Shown piece after piece: positions 1 through 13,149 of a stretch of 64,000 nt of DNA; position 1 is the stretch's first letter; each line of letters begins with the position of its first letter. Position numbers and translations under genes: made by a program. The notes below the pieces were generated by a model that was not told where the DNA came from, searched no databases, and saw nothing but the letters and a program-made list of their open reading frames with translations. The stretch is from Octopus vulgaris (lineage: Eukaryota). Location of the stretch: the NCBI GenBank assembly GCA_951406725.2, contig OX597820.1:125550001-125614000 (forward strand), given 5' to 3'.

Positions 1-100
1 ACTCCTAAACCAACATCAAAATCCATAGTCAATTATGGTCTGGGTTGCTATGACGACCTCTGGAAGGTCACCCCACGTTTTTGTGCCTAGGGTATTAAAA
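1..100 (+). mobile_element. Tc1/mariner-superfamily transposase fragment (catalytic-domain region)
   Basis: Translates as QHQNP*SIMVWVAMTTSGRSPHVFVP, resembling the 'QHP.SVMVW..I...G..PLVF' segment of ITm (DD37D/maT-like) transposases. It has an in-frame stop and is cut by the window edge. Confidence 0.5.
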
Positions 101-252
101 TTAACACCCATTGATAAATCAGGGACATTCTGTAAGCTGAACAGCTTTCATGGCCGAATGAGAACTTTCAAAGCGCACCTTGGTGCCTCCAACAAGCTAG
201 GCTCCAAACTGACTCAGCACTGGATTTCGATAAATATTCCGTCGCTCACCCG

Positions 253-253
<1 letters not shown>

Positions 254-313
<60 letters not shown>
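254..313. repeat. (CT)n microsatellite
   Basis: Perfect dinucleotide run. Confidence 0.95.
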
Positions 314-315
<2 letters not shown>

Positions 316-1240
316 ACACTCACACATACAGTTTCGCAAATCTATAGACAGGTACTTGACAACGTTTAAACCGAAATTATACGGATAAAACCAAAGTATT
401 CAGGGTTCCTCCCCCCCCCCATTTTTGAGGGGACGGTAAAGAAATTATCGACTGCTAAATAGTTAGATTCACATCACTTTTCTTTTCCAAAAGACGACGT
501 TTCAAGTCAACATTGAAGTGAGCAATCTTATTAATGTTTTTTTTTATCGTTTCCAAAATTACAACCACTCCTTCATCTTTCGCAAAGTTAAAAAGACAGG
601 GAAAGTGCAATCATTTTGTATCTTATCCATTTTGGTGTTGTATCCTGACATTACACTTCTGGGGAAAAAGAACTTTTCAAAATTTGTAATTGCTTATCAC
701 TTTTTCGTCCTGCTTAATCATAAAGTTATGTACGGTAACTATTTTAATCTTCCGGATTTTTGGTTCTAGAATGATATGCTTGAAACATAGGAGAATGTGA
801 TTCTACACGAAAATAAGGGCTAGCGTTAGGGGCTGGGTTTAGGATTTGATATTAGGATTAGTATTGTAGTTTGGATTTTAGAGATAAAATTAGGATTACC
901 TGTTAGCACGTAGAATACAATTTTGTGTTCGGGAAAAGATTTTGTTTCGGCAGAAATTGAAAAGATATTCAAAAGATTTGAATTTTTGTGCAAATTATTA
1001 CAGAATTGAACTTGCATATGTTTGGACTTTAGATATTAAACAAAAATATTTTCTTAAAAGAAGGAAAGGAAAAGTGTCTACAGAGTTTTCTTAGTCCGAA
1101 ATTTCGTTAAGTGACTTTTTTTACGAAAACAATTACTATAAGTTAGGTAAAACGATTTGTAATGTTACTGTTTATAGCCTGAGCCATTAACTCGGTCAAC
1201 GGCGGGTAATTTAGCTAGTATACATACATACATACATACA

Positions 1241-1274
<34 letters not shown>

Positions 1275-1302
1275 CATATATATATACATACATACACACA
1301 TA

Positions 1303-1430
1303 TGTGGCAAGTAGTTGTTTACCAACCACATGGTTCTGGGTTCAGTCCTACCGCAAGTGTATTCTACTATAGACTCGGACCGACCAAAGCCTTCTGGATT
1401 TTGTAGACAGGAACTGAAAGAAGACCGTTG

Positions 1431-1467
<37 letters not shown>

Positions 1468-1490
1468 ATGTGTGTGTGTGGGTGTGTGTT

Positions 1491-1521
<31 letters not shown>

Positions 1522-1695
1522 CTTTGTCCCCGCACCATCGCTTGACAACCGATGCCGTTGTTTCCGTTCCCGTAAAAGAGACAGATAGAATAAGTACTAC
1601 GCTTACAACGAATAAGTCCTGGAGTCAATTTGTTCGACTAAAGGCGGTGCTCCAGCATGGCTGCATTCAAATGACTTAAATAAAAGAATAAAGAA
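1303..1695 (+). mobile_element. tRNA-derived SINE, family with internal (TA)n(TG)n microsatellite
   Basis: Head 'aaccacatggttctgggttcagtcc', internal TA/TG tract and 3' part 'gatagaataagtac...aaggcggtgctccagcatggc...aaatgact' are shared with copies at 42127 and 52655. Confidence 0.85.
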
Positions 1696-1814
1696 AGGGA
1701 AAATATATATATATTTATAATTAAGGAGAACAGTGATGTGTATATCCTGTTTAATTCTGAAGTCAATAATACTATCGCCACGTCTAATTTTGGTTCGACT
1801 TGTATTTACTTCAG

Positions 1815-1880
1815 GAGGAATCTGAAAGGCAGCCTGAAGGAGCGGCAATTAACTCAAAACATGGACACGATTATGCAAAG
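1815..1880 (+). CDS. candidate internal exon (66 nt) of the + strand gene
   Basis: Acceptor tgtatttacttcag, donor AAG|gtttgc. Open as phase 0-0 EESERQPEGAAINSKHGHDYAK or phase 2-2 RNLKGSLKERQLTQNMDTIMQ; frame not resolved. Confidence 0.35.
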
Positions 1881-2804
1881 GTTTGCAGTCTGCACTAAGT
1901 TGCAGCAGATTCATATGTAGCTACAGAAATGGAAAGACGTGATTGGAAATGGAAAGACTGGATACAGCTGGATATATAATCTATGTTTCCCTTAGTTATT
2001 AACATATTACTTCTTCTCTACCGACAACATGCAGTCTCTATAGAGACATGGATTTACTAATGTGAAGATCTACTTATGATAGTAAAATAAACTAACTGAA
2101 GTTTTTCTACGCTCACTGAGGTTAGCCAGCATTATTAACGGATAAAAGTGTTTACGGAATTACCCAAATTCCGGACATCGCTGTATATAGTAGAAAACAC
2201 TAGCTCAAGACGCCGCGTAGTGGCATTGATCCCTAAACTATGTGGCTGGGAAACAACTTACCTACCACACAGTCAGGCACACAATTTACTTCGTGTTACC
2301 ATTTACAGATAACAATACTTCGCAAAAGGTCGCATAGTAGACAACACCTCACTCAGAATATAACAATATACCTTCATTATATATTTGAAGAGAATTCGTC
2401 CCCATCAATTGCAAAAAATTTCTTCACAATTTAATATTCTTTGCCTTTAGGTATTTATCAAAATTTTCTTTTTCCAGTAGTTAATAAATCGATCATTGGA
2501 GAAGCTTCGAATTTCATATCAATCTATTAGTAAAACAATATTTGACTGTAATTCAGTTATTACTCCTTAGTTGACGCTCAATGGCTTTCCTTTTTTTATA
2601 CAGCAATAGAATATACACAACAGTCAATAAACAGACTTACATCTCCGTCTGCACACGCGCACAAGTATACATACACATACATAGAAATGTTCGTATATGT
2701 GAATATATGTGAACATGTGTACAAGGCTGAAAGAATTATATATTTTTTACGAAAGCCATGTTAGTGCAAGTAATTTTCATTTTGCTGAGAATTATAAACG
2801 AAAT

Positions 2805-3381
<577 letters not shown>

Positions 3382-3899
3382 TAAATATGATGTGTCTCTA
3401 GCTTCTAGAAAAAAACGGTAAGTCACTGGCAGCATAGTGCACATTTGTATTGATTCCAGAACGATGAAAGAGATATGAATTCTGTTGATGTTTTATCCTA
3501 GAGTGTAAAGGGATTTAGTAACATAACAAAATGCGTTTAGTCAGGAACTCAATCGCTTTACTTCATTTTTATGTCGTTTATTATATTGAATCTAACACCA
3601 AAGCCTAGGCCACATCTGTCAACAAAAATAATTTGTTACTTGGTTGCCAATTTATTAATACTTCCTAGGCAGAACATTAGGTACGTTGAAGCGCTCCACT
3701 TTCCCGTCGTTCGCAATTGCTGGTGATGCATGCAGAGAAAAGACAAAAACAAACAATCCAAAAATACATATTTAGAGATATATGAGCGCATATGCTTACA
3801 AGATAATAAATAACACACATTATATGTGCGAGTGTGTGTGTGTATACGTACATATATAATTATATGTAATTTTACACACATGCACACAAACATATATAG

Positions 3900-4050
3900 T
3901 CGCATGACTTGTTTGAGCGTCGGGCTTTACAATCGTGAGGTAGTTATATCGATTCCTGGACCGAGCTGTTTGTTGTGTTCTTGAACAAGACACTTTATTT
4001 CACTCAGCTCCAGAAATGAGTTGCGACGTCAGTGATGCCAAGCTCTATCG
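3900..4050 (+). mobile_element. tRNA-derived SINE (Meta/V-domain-like), partial
   Basis: tRNA-like head (tcgattcctggacc), then gtgttcttgaacaagacactttatttcac and gaaatgagttgcgacgtc. Same family as 10272 and 41360. Confidence 0.75.
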
Positions 4051-4051
4051 G

Positions 4052-4425
4052 TCGCCATTGCAGTCTACATACTTTCAACATTGATGTTCCAGTGCTTGGG
4101 TGAAGAAACTTTCATACAGTTGGTGAAAGCATCATAAACAGTAGACGTGACGTCGTCATTACTGTAATACTAGTTCACAGAGAAGTGTTTTTCATGTTGG
4201 AAAACAGATGAGATGGGACCAAACCCGAAGAACAGGGGCGGTGATAAACGGTGTAAAGACACAGTCACTCACAGCAGCCGAAAGAATTGTATGCTAGAGC
4301 AGCGTCCTAATGAAATAAAACTCCTTTTGACAGTTTTCCTGGGATTTGATCTTGACAGCGTTTTGCAACTCTCTTGTCAAGTTGGCAGAGTACTCTCCAT
4401 TGTTGATGTGATTGTCTTGAAGATC
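4052..4425 (-). mobile_element. mariner transposase relic (C-terminal DD34D half)
   Basis: The minus strand gives frameshifted TINNGEYSANL..., LFH*DAALAYN (LFHQDNAPAH), LFSNMKKHF...DDVTSTV. Same family as 31970-32715. Confidence 0.75.
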
Positions 4426-4426
4426 A

Positions 4427-4723
4427 TCATTGTTCGACCGTTGTCGAGAAAATGAAACTTACTATGTTACGCCAGACTTCACGGTCCATCATAGCATTAA
4501 GGAGGTCCTGTTGCTGAAAGCTTGTATCGCTGGAGGTTACATCAGGATAGGAGAGTGTGCGCCCTCTGGTATCGCGAGCAGATGCCTTCCAGAAGAGAAG
4601 AGTAGAAATTACCCCGTTTTCAGCTCTACAACAATGTCCAGCAAACTGTACTCTTCTACCTTTCACATGAGACGATACAGGTGGTAACTTCCCATATATC
4701 TTGAAGATACTCAGTAAGCTCAT
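4427..4723 (-). mobile_element. RTE-clade LINE, 3' end of ORF
   Basis: IYGKLPPVSSHVKGRRVQFAGHCCR...LLFWK...GRTLSYPD...AMMDREVWRNIV matches the post-RT C-terminus of RTE-type LINEs (RR..FAGH, DR..WR). Confidence 0.85.
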
Positions 4724-5123
4724 CCCATAAATGTAAAGTCAAGACCTTTCTGCTGATGAAATGATCTTGGCTTTATTTGGAGCATATATTATTACTGTAA
4801 AGGGACATGATTTACACAATTTTGTAACTGCAAGTGACGGTAAACGCCAATACTTGAGTAAACTCTATAATTACAATAATATAATTTATAATTAAACCAC
4901 CATTCCCTATTTCATAGCTCAAAGTTTCATGAATTTTGAACGCCAGAGGAAATATGAAGAGAAACACCAGCAATTTCTTACAGCGCCCACAGTGGGAAAT
5001 TTGATAGTAGGTCAATAGAAAAAATGAAAATATAAAACGAAAGCCTTATAGACGCAAACACAGACGTAGATATTTATTTGTGTATAATTGAATAATCACA
5101 TCTCTATACCTTTCTCTCTCTCC

Positions 5124-5166
<43 letters not shown>

Positions 5167-5254
5167 ACACAGATACAAACACAATATATGTGCATATATA
5201 TATCTATATGTATGTATATTTGTGTATATATATATATAGACATATATATATATA

Positions 5255-5343
<89 letters not shown>

Positions 5344-5477
5344 TTGTATCTATATGCGTATATATATTATATATATATATATATACATATATACACTTGT
5401 ATCTATATGCGTATATATATAGGTATGTATATATATATACTGTATACACTCTATATATGCATAAATATATATATATA

Positions 5478-6277
5478 AAACTTAGACTTAGATAAAACTT
5501 AGATATGTTTCGACCAGAGATTGGTCCAGGCCATGTCTAACTTAATAGCACCACCTGATAGGATTATTCGAATCCTGTTTAAGTCAAGTTTTGTTCAAGT
5601 AGTGAGTTCTTGTTGGGTGAGTTGTATCCAATTATGGGTGGCTTGTCTGGTATTCTTTGAAGGAATCTATCCAGACTCTGTTTGAAGTTGATGGGATCCT
5701 TTTCCTCTTTGATCTCCCTCGGGACAATGTTAAATAGGGCAGGGCCTGTTGAAGAAAAGAAATTATGTTGCAGTGTACATGTATGTTGTGATCTTGAATT
5801 TGGCAGGGGACGTATAGCCCGTGGTCCAAGTCTCGGATGAACCTTGAAGCTAATGTTTAGGTCGTTTGGGCAAAGTTGGCGGTATATTTTCCACATCGTA
5901 CAAATGATGTACCACTCACGGCGACGCTGGAGGGAGTAAAGTTTCAAGGCTTTAAGGCGATCCCAATAGTCGAGAGCAGCCATGCCTTCAATTTGTTTAG
6001 TGAGAGCCCTCTGGGGTGACTCAATTCTGGAGATGTTTTGTCTTGTGTGAGGAGACCACAGTGGGCAGCAGTATTCAAGGTGTGGCCGTACAAAGGATGA
6101 AAAAAGTGGTATGATGACACCTTGTTCTCTGGACCGGAAAGTTCTTAAGATCCAGGAACTCATCCTACGAGCTGTATCGACCTTCTTGTTGATGTGTGCA
6201 CTCCAACTGAGATCGTCATCAACAATTACACCCAGGTCTCTGATATTGTTAGAGGCTGTGAGCGGTTCCCCTGAAGG

Positions 6278-6280
<3 letters not shown>
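5478..6280 (-). mobile_element. 5'-truncated CR1/L2-group LINE with intact terminal reading frame
   Basis: RDLGVIVDDDLSWSAHI...VRPHLEYCCPLWSPH...RLKALKLYSLQRRRE runs uninterrupted to the stop at 5579. The short 3' UTR has the stem-loop gacca-atctc-tggtc and a (tctaagtt)-type tail. (TA)n lies on both sides. Confidence 0.92.
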
Positions 6281-6338
<58 letters not shown>

Positions 6339-6449
6339 GTATACACACATATACTCACACACACATATACATAAGAGAAGTAAATAAACACATTTATAAT
6401 CTTTAAAATGTATTTTAATCTCAAATCATACATTCAAATTATTAATCAA

Positions 6450-7010
6450 TTATCATTATGTGAACATCTAATGTTTAGTAGACATGCCATTTGCCTTTTT
6501 CAATGCAAGGACCCAATTAAGTACGCATTAATCAGATGACGAATATTCTAGCGAGGAATTTCTTGCAAAGTTTAATGTAGTAAAAAATTTGACTTTCAGG
6601 ATGCTTTCTTGTTCTTTATACGAAGTGACCTGTCCATTGTGTTCAGTAGGTTCCCGTGGCTGGTTTTTTAATGCCTTTCTCTCGAGTCTTTTAACTCGGG
6701 AGACAAAGAGTTTCATCTTTCATAAATAGTCTTCTTTCCTCATTTCACCACTGGAGAAGAGGTGAAGGAGTGCTTTCTGCAATATGGATACATACGTATC
6801 TGAGTTAGTGTTTCTTCCACACTCCACCAGCCCTGATCAACCATTGCTCTAAATTGCCATCACAGAACAGCTGCTGTGCTTCACAGTTGGTTACAATATT
6901 TTCACATAAATTTCTTGCTCGCAGAGGCATTGCAACAGGGACTATCCTCCACACTCTTCTTAACAAAACAAAGTGCCTTAGTCGACCCGGGCAAGGTGAT
7001 GTGTTCTTCC
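6450..7010 (-). mobile_element. Tc1-like transposon relic
   Basis: Colinear similarity to the Tc1 copy at 50332-51412 (gcatgccatttgc, aatcagatga, aaccattgctctaaattg, tcctccacactcttct). Confidence 0.75.
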
Positions 7011-7060
7011 TACCCTCACACGCACACATACACATACAGTTATATATATATATATAGGTT

Positions 7061-7293
7061 GAAGGCGGTGAGCTGGCAGAATCGTTAGCACGCCGGGCGA
7101 AATGCGTAGCCGTATTTCGTCTGCCATTACGTTCTGAGTTCAAATTCCGTTGAGGTCGACTTTGCCTTTCATCCTTTCGGGGTCGATAAATAAAGCACCA
7201 GTTACGCACTGCGGTCGATGTAATCGACTTAATCCCTTTGTCTGTCCTTGTTTGTCTCCTCTATGTTTAGCCCCTTGTGGGCAGTAAAGAAAT
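7061..7293 (+). mobile_element. full-length tRNA-derived SINE with Deu/Nin-like core
   Basis: Head ggcggtgagctggcagaatcgttagc, B-box gagttcaaattcc, core gcctttcatcctttcggggtcgataaa, 3' end aagaaata. Inserted in (TA)n. Confidence 0.9.
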
Positions 7294-7317
7294 ATATATA
7301 TATATATATATGTACTC

Positions 7318-7641
7318 AATGACGAGAAGCGCTGAAATTTTCTTGACTATAAGGGTAACTCAAAGTGCCTCAATGAAAGCCCAAATTTCCAAGTTATTTC
7401 ACGGAGCTTAGGGCAACTGATGGACTGCTGCAATAAGCCTGTGGAATTGAGAGGGGAATATGTTGAGTTAAAAACTTAATTAATAGAAACATTATTATTT
7501 CTAAATCTCTCAAAGTGAGATATTCAGTAACAGTTCGTTAAAGTAAAGCCTATTTGCAAAGATAATGTGGCTGTCTTGGAAGGGACGATTGTTAATTATC
7601 TTTTTACCAAAAGCCAGGAATTTTCAGCACCACCTCCTGTA
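7318..7641 (+). mobile_element. mariner-derived MITE
   Basis: Degenerate TIRs (gcgctgaaattttcttgact / agccaggaattttcagcacc..gta). The internal aataagcctgtggaattgagaggggaatatgttga resembles the mariner C-terminus (K.V..RGEYVE). Partial second copy at 35090. Confidence 0.65.
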
Positions 7642-8177
7642 TATATATATATATATATACTCATAAAAAGGTTTTTATCTTCAGATAATCAGTTTGATAC
7701 TACTTTTGTAGCGTCTTGTGTGTCTCTCTCCAAATAATGGAAAACATTTTTACAATATAAGTTCTCTAAGTATGCACGTTTAATAACTTCAAGTCTTAAG
7801 AACAAGAAACCTTATCTTATTCTTTTTAATAATCCTAGACTCCTATATTTTGTATCTGTGAACACACGTGCATGCGATAAGTTTTTTAAGAAAATTAATC
7901 ATTTTGCTTTTATAATTGTATCTTTCTTCATTGCACTTCAAATTTTTTTATAGCAAGTGTTTTCATAATACAGTAATTGCTATTTTCCCTAAGCTAGCCT
8001 CTACCTCTATCTGTCCAGCAAAAACTAACATATCATTATTGAAATTATATACAACGTAATTTATTGTTCTTTCTCAATCTCAGCAATTTGTATATATGCA
8101 CAATTTGCTTGTCATATTATTCTTTACGTAAACGGATTCTTTCATTTGAGAATTTATTAACATACATACATACATAA

Positions 8178-8249
<72 letters not shown>

Positions 8250-8717
8250 TTTTACAAATCTAGATATCCATATCTCTAAATTTAGCTGATAAACCGTTTC
8301 CATTTCTCTCTCAATGAGTCACGCACCGTCACTCAAGTCCAGTCACATAAACCCACACTCACTCACGCACACACATTCACACACATACGCATGGACGCAC
8401 AAATACACACGTATATATATAAGCTTAATTTGTATATTACCATTTTGGAAAGCATCATTATCAATTAGGTCGAAAACATTTATGTTTCTAGAGGCGTGCT
8501 TAAATTGATTTATGTTAGTGAATATATATTTGTGTTGTTACAAAATCCATTAATTTTTAAAATTATAAATATTTCAAACCGGAAAATAAGAGTCCTATTT
8601 TTTTTCACACTAGGCTAGATTCTTTTGCTGAAAATCCATTTGTAACATTAAAAAAAAAAATGTATCTGTTTAATATATGCCTGTGTGTTTGTGTATGAGT
8701 GTTTGTGTGTGTGTGTT

Positions 8718-8778
<61 letters not shown>

Positions 8779-8968
8779 ATGCGTGTGTGTATGCGTATTT
8801 ATATAAATATATATTTGATGTCATGAAGATTTATCAAGTTCCGAGATAACGGAGAGTGACTATTGGGGGAACTGTTTCTCGAATTACATATAAACTAATA
8901 AATAAAAGCATAGAAATATTGGATAAAGCCAACCTTTTTGATACAGAAATTCGAAAAAAATCAGGCGT

Positions 8969-9036
<68 letters not shown>

Positions 9037-9134
9037 TATATTATATATGTGTACATACATATGTACGTATATATGAATATATGTTTATAAAACTATATTG
9101 ATATCTAGATATAAATACACACACACCGCACACG

Positions 9135-9187
<53 letters not shown>

Positions 9188-10271
9188 CGAGAGAGAGATA
9201 GAGATAAAGAGGGAGAGATGTGCGTGGGTTGTATGTAGCTATAATCTAATATAATATTTCGCTGCAATCTTTCTCCAGAGTTTTTGTATTGTTAATCCAT
9301 TTAAAAATATTTTCTTTCGTATTATTTTCCTAATATTGAACAAAAGAAACGAAATTCTGTTTTTCATCACAGCTATGCCAAGTGTAAGATATTTATATAT
9401 AGTTTTGCTAAATTACAACTGTCTAATCAATTTCTTCTGCGTTTTTGTTATGTTGATATATCTGGCATCTATGTATTCACTTCCGAGATATATTAGCTTG
9501 GAAACTGCACCTTTCCAGATTTTCTGTATGTGAATGTGTGTGTGAGTGTATGCGTGTTTTTGTGTGTTATGTGTGTAGGTATGTGGACGAGTGTGTGTAT
9601 GTGAGTGAGTGTTTACAAGCACACGCATGCATATCAGTTGTATGAGCCTGAGTCTTAGTGCGTGTGCGCGGTTTATAGAAGATTATTAGATTTATAATTT
9701 GTAGTATATTTATTCTAATACCTATGAGACTAGAACGAATAAATTTTGATTCAATCGAATCTATATGTAGTTCAGAAAGTCACTACTTAGATGTAGGTGT
9801 CTGTACGTGCCGCACCTGCGCGTATGATTCAAATACGAAGGAAGCGTTAGCGCATCTCCACTGTTTTATACTCATACACACGAAACCACTCACATATATG
9901 GAAATACATGATTATGTATTTCAGTATGAGTGATAATTGTTGATATTTATGTTGAACTGACATTTGTCTGCTTCTTATGTCCTTTTTTATCAAAATACTC
10001 CAAAACAGAAGCACTAAAGCAAAGAAAATCTCCTCTCTATGTTCAGGTACATCAATCTTCTTGAACTGATTTCATGTATTAGTGCTTCTGATATTTTTTC
10101 TTTCCAAGTTTCTGGAGGGAAATTTATCGACTGTCCTTTACAAACAAATATACAAACGTACAAGGATACGCTTCTATCTTCTTTATTATATTTATACACA
10201 CGCATTTATATACTTTCACATATACACACTTGCACATATACACACATACATATAAGTATATATGTGCGTGT

Positions 10272-10600
10272 GAAGGCACATCACTCAATGGTTACAGGCA
10301 TTGGGCTTACAATCTTAGTGTTGTGGGTTCGATTCCAGGAGCTGGATGTGTACTTTTCTTTCTTGACAAAACACTTTACTTCACGTTACTCTAGTTCGAT
10401 AAACAATAGAAATGAGTTACGATATCACTAGCATCATTCTGTTTTGACCTTTGCCTTGGACAACATTGGTGGCGTGGAGTGGGGAGACTGGTATGCCTCG
10501 GCGACTGCTGGTGTTCTACAAAATACTTTGCCAGGGATGGTGCCTCAGAGGGAGAACTTTCTCAATGCAATCCCAAGGCTCTTCGTGTCCGAAGTTCCGG
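10272..10600 (+). mobile_element. tRNA-derived SINE (Meta/V-domain-like)
   Basis: A-box caatggtta, B-box gggttcgattcc, ttcttgacaaaacactttacttcac. Homologous to 3900 and 41360. Confidence 0.8.
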
Positions 10601-10628
10601 ACTTCGCTCTTGATATGTACGTATGTAT

Positions 10629-10709
<81 letters not shown>

Positions 10710-11694
10710 CTTTGAGAAATTATTATGCCCTTTAAAAAGCATGTCCGTATTTGTAGTTGTCCTAATGATACATATACGCCACCAATAATTCCATTCTTAT
10801 ATGATTCTAAATTTCATTGTTTGTTTCTTAATTTCTGCAATATACGTTTTTAAATATATATTATACACTACACTTTCGATTTTCTCCGGCATAATTAATC
10901 TTACGCTGCTTGTGTCTATTTTTATATACGTATTTTCTAGAGTGGGAATCAACGCCTATGGAGTTTGCACACGATCCCACAACACTGAAAATGATAATTT
11001 TAACTTCTAGAGTTGTTGCAAAGCAATGGCTGTGTGCAAAAAGAAATGATATCTGCTGCAATACAATTCCAGGGCGTTGAATTTCTGGGGATGAAAATGC
11101 CTTTACCGTATTTAGAGCAGGATGTAGGTTAACACAACATATGCGACCGGACGAGAAGACATATAAGTGATTATGGTACGCATAAATGTAAATGCCAAGG
11201 GGGCCACTCAGCTCCAAATAATAGAGGCCATTCTAGTACCTCACGAGCGTGTAGGTGACAAGTTACTCCCACAGCTTATATTGCTTCGAGCTCCATAGCC
11301 CTTCACTTTTCCTTAGGCAATTGCCCTCTGACATTGATCTGGATCACTTACATCCTTACTTATAGCAGTTGTTCAACTACTGATATTCAATGAATATATT
11401 TGCTGGTACAGCGACTTCAACTTTATTTATTAAGTTGAAGATTTATTTATTAAATCTTTAACATACTTAAAATGTAGGAAGTCTGAATGTGTATCTATGT
11501 ATTACCGAACATACAAATGCACAGAAAACCGTTAGTGAAATTATGGTACAAAAGATCAAGTCGCAATCGCCTACGAGTTACATCTATTTTTATGTTTCTA
11601 TCTACATAGAGACACATACGCACAAACACAAACATATATATGTATATTCGTATATATATATTCTTCAATAATCCTTTCTCGCTTATATTTTCAG

Positions 11695-11841
11695 TAAGAA
11701 ACCTACTTTTAATAAATTGACGCCAATGAGAGAAGAATTCGTCCAAAATGAACACTATGATGATACCTATGCGACAGTATATTGTACAAAATCAGAATCC
11801 ACGTCGAAGCACAGCTTACAAAGCTCTACAGAGCAAGCCGA
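11695..11841 (+). CDS. internal exon (147 nt, phase 2-2) of an unidentified gene; Tyr-containing, probably disordered tail
   Basis: Acceptor tcctttctcgcttatattttcag, donor GA|gtaagt. Open frame KKPTFNKLTPMREEFVQNEHYDDTYATVYCTKSESTSKHSLQSSTEQA; the phase joins the exon at 14763. Confidence 0.7.
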
Positions 11842-13149
11842 GTAAGTTCAACGGTTTTTTTGAATTCGTAATTCTTTTCGTTAATGGGTCTCTATTGATC
11901 TTTCTGTATGTAAGTTACATTTTAAATTCTAAATAAATTCAAATAATGTTTGAAGAATGCATATTTCCTTGAAAGAATTGAAATGATTTTTCATATCAGT
12001 TGAAACAAAATGAAATCATGTCTATGTGTTTTACCGAATCTTGGACGAATTTGTAGTCAAATACAGGAATCGTGTAATATCATGTTCTTATTTGATGTTG
12101 TTGCTAACTTGCGAATGGTCGTAGTATCGTAACTCAGGTTTCATGTAGAAATTTAAAGTTGACGTTATCCGTCTAATATCTGCTAGTCTCACAATTCACG
12201 TGGCATACCAAGTTTTGATCGTAATAAAAACCAAGTCAACATTTCTTTGAAATTCGATCAACAAAATTTTAGAGGTTGATATAGTATTTTTGTTCGCAAC
12301 TCACATTGCTATTTTCATCAAGATAGACATTAATTAAGAATTAGCCTATTTTTATCCACGAAAGGAAATTGTATTATCTCAAAAGGAAATCAATTTTAAA
12401 TTTAGTAAAAATACTAAATGTTTATTTTATTCTTTATCTATGGTTGCCAACTAAGATTGACAGTCATGCTTCTCCATAATTACTTTGCCCTCAGTCGAGT
12501 ATTTAATTAGAAATGTCTTCCATGGGTCCATGCCAAAAGTTATAGTTTTCGCAAAAGTAGCTTGAATACACTACTCTTGTACATTTGTTGCTTTCTTTGT
12601 TTCCTTTTAGCTTTCAGTTTTATAGACTGAAAATTGCTGGTACATAACGCTTTGCGAAAATGCATCTACTATAAAGGGAAGAGACATGAAATGGCGATAT
12701 TAAATAATATTAATTGCTTTACAATAGTTAATGTCATGCTTTAACTTTCACAATTACGTTGCTGTCGGAATTAAACCAACTTGGATGCTAAAACAAAATA
12801 TGATTGATAGCATGTGTTCCTTGTATTGTGCAGGACCATTAAGCAACAATTAAGCGTGTACTTGGTCAACATTGACCAGTATTGATAACTGGAATAAGAA
12901 ATGATATTCATCATTGTCACCAAGGTGTGTTGGATTCCAGGTGGAATGTAGTATTTCTAAATTAGTCTCTCAAAACTGCTCTTATTTGACATGATTCTGT
13001 GTTACCGTTGTTCTCTTTAAATCATTTCTGCTAATTTCCATCAAATTTTCATTGGCTACTTTACCCAATTGGGCATTTTACCCAATTTTTTTTAACTAAA
13101 CATCTTAATATTCCTCTTCAATTGTAACCTATGCATCTTCATTTCTTAT

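Noticed and set aside
826-900. TTAGGG-like degenerate repeats
   Set aside because: Too short and degenerate for an interstitial telomere; likely part of an old repeat.
3402-3417. Candidate micro-exons (3402 or 3409-3417, also ~9372-9382 and 10009-10046)
   Set aside because: Splice-like motifs are present but the phases cannot be chained unambiguously; such matches are expected by chance in AT-rich DNA.
10861-11217. 118-aa minus-strand ORF with faint SF1-helicase-like (IIIFSVV.S) and, in another frame, integrase-like words
   Set aside because: No ordered set of motifs in any frame; cannot be assigned.
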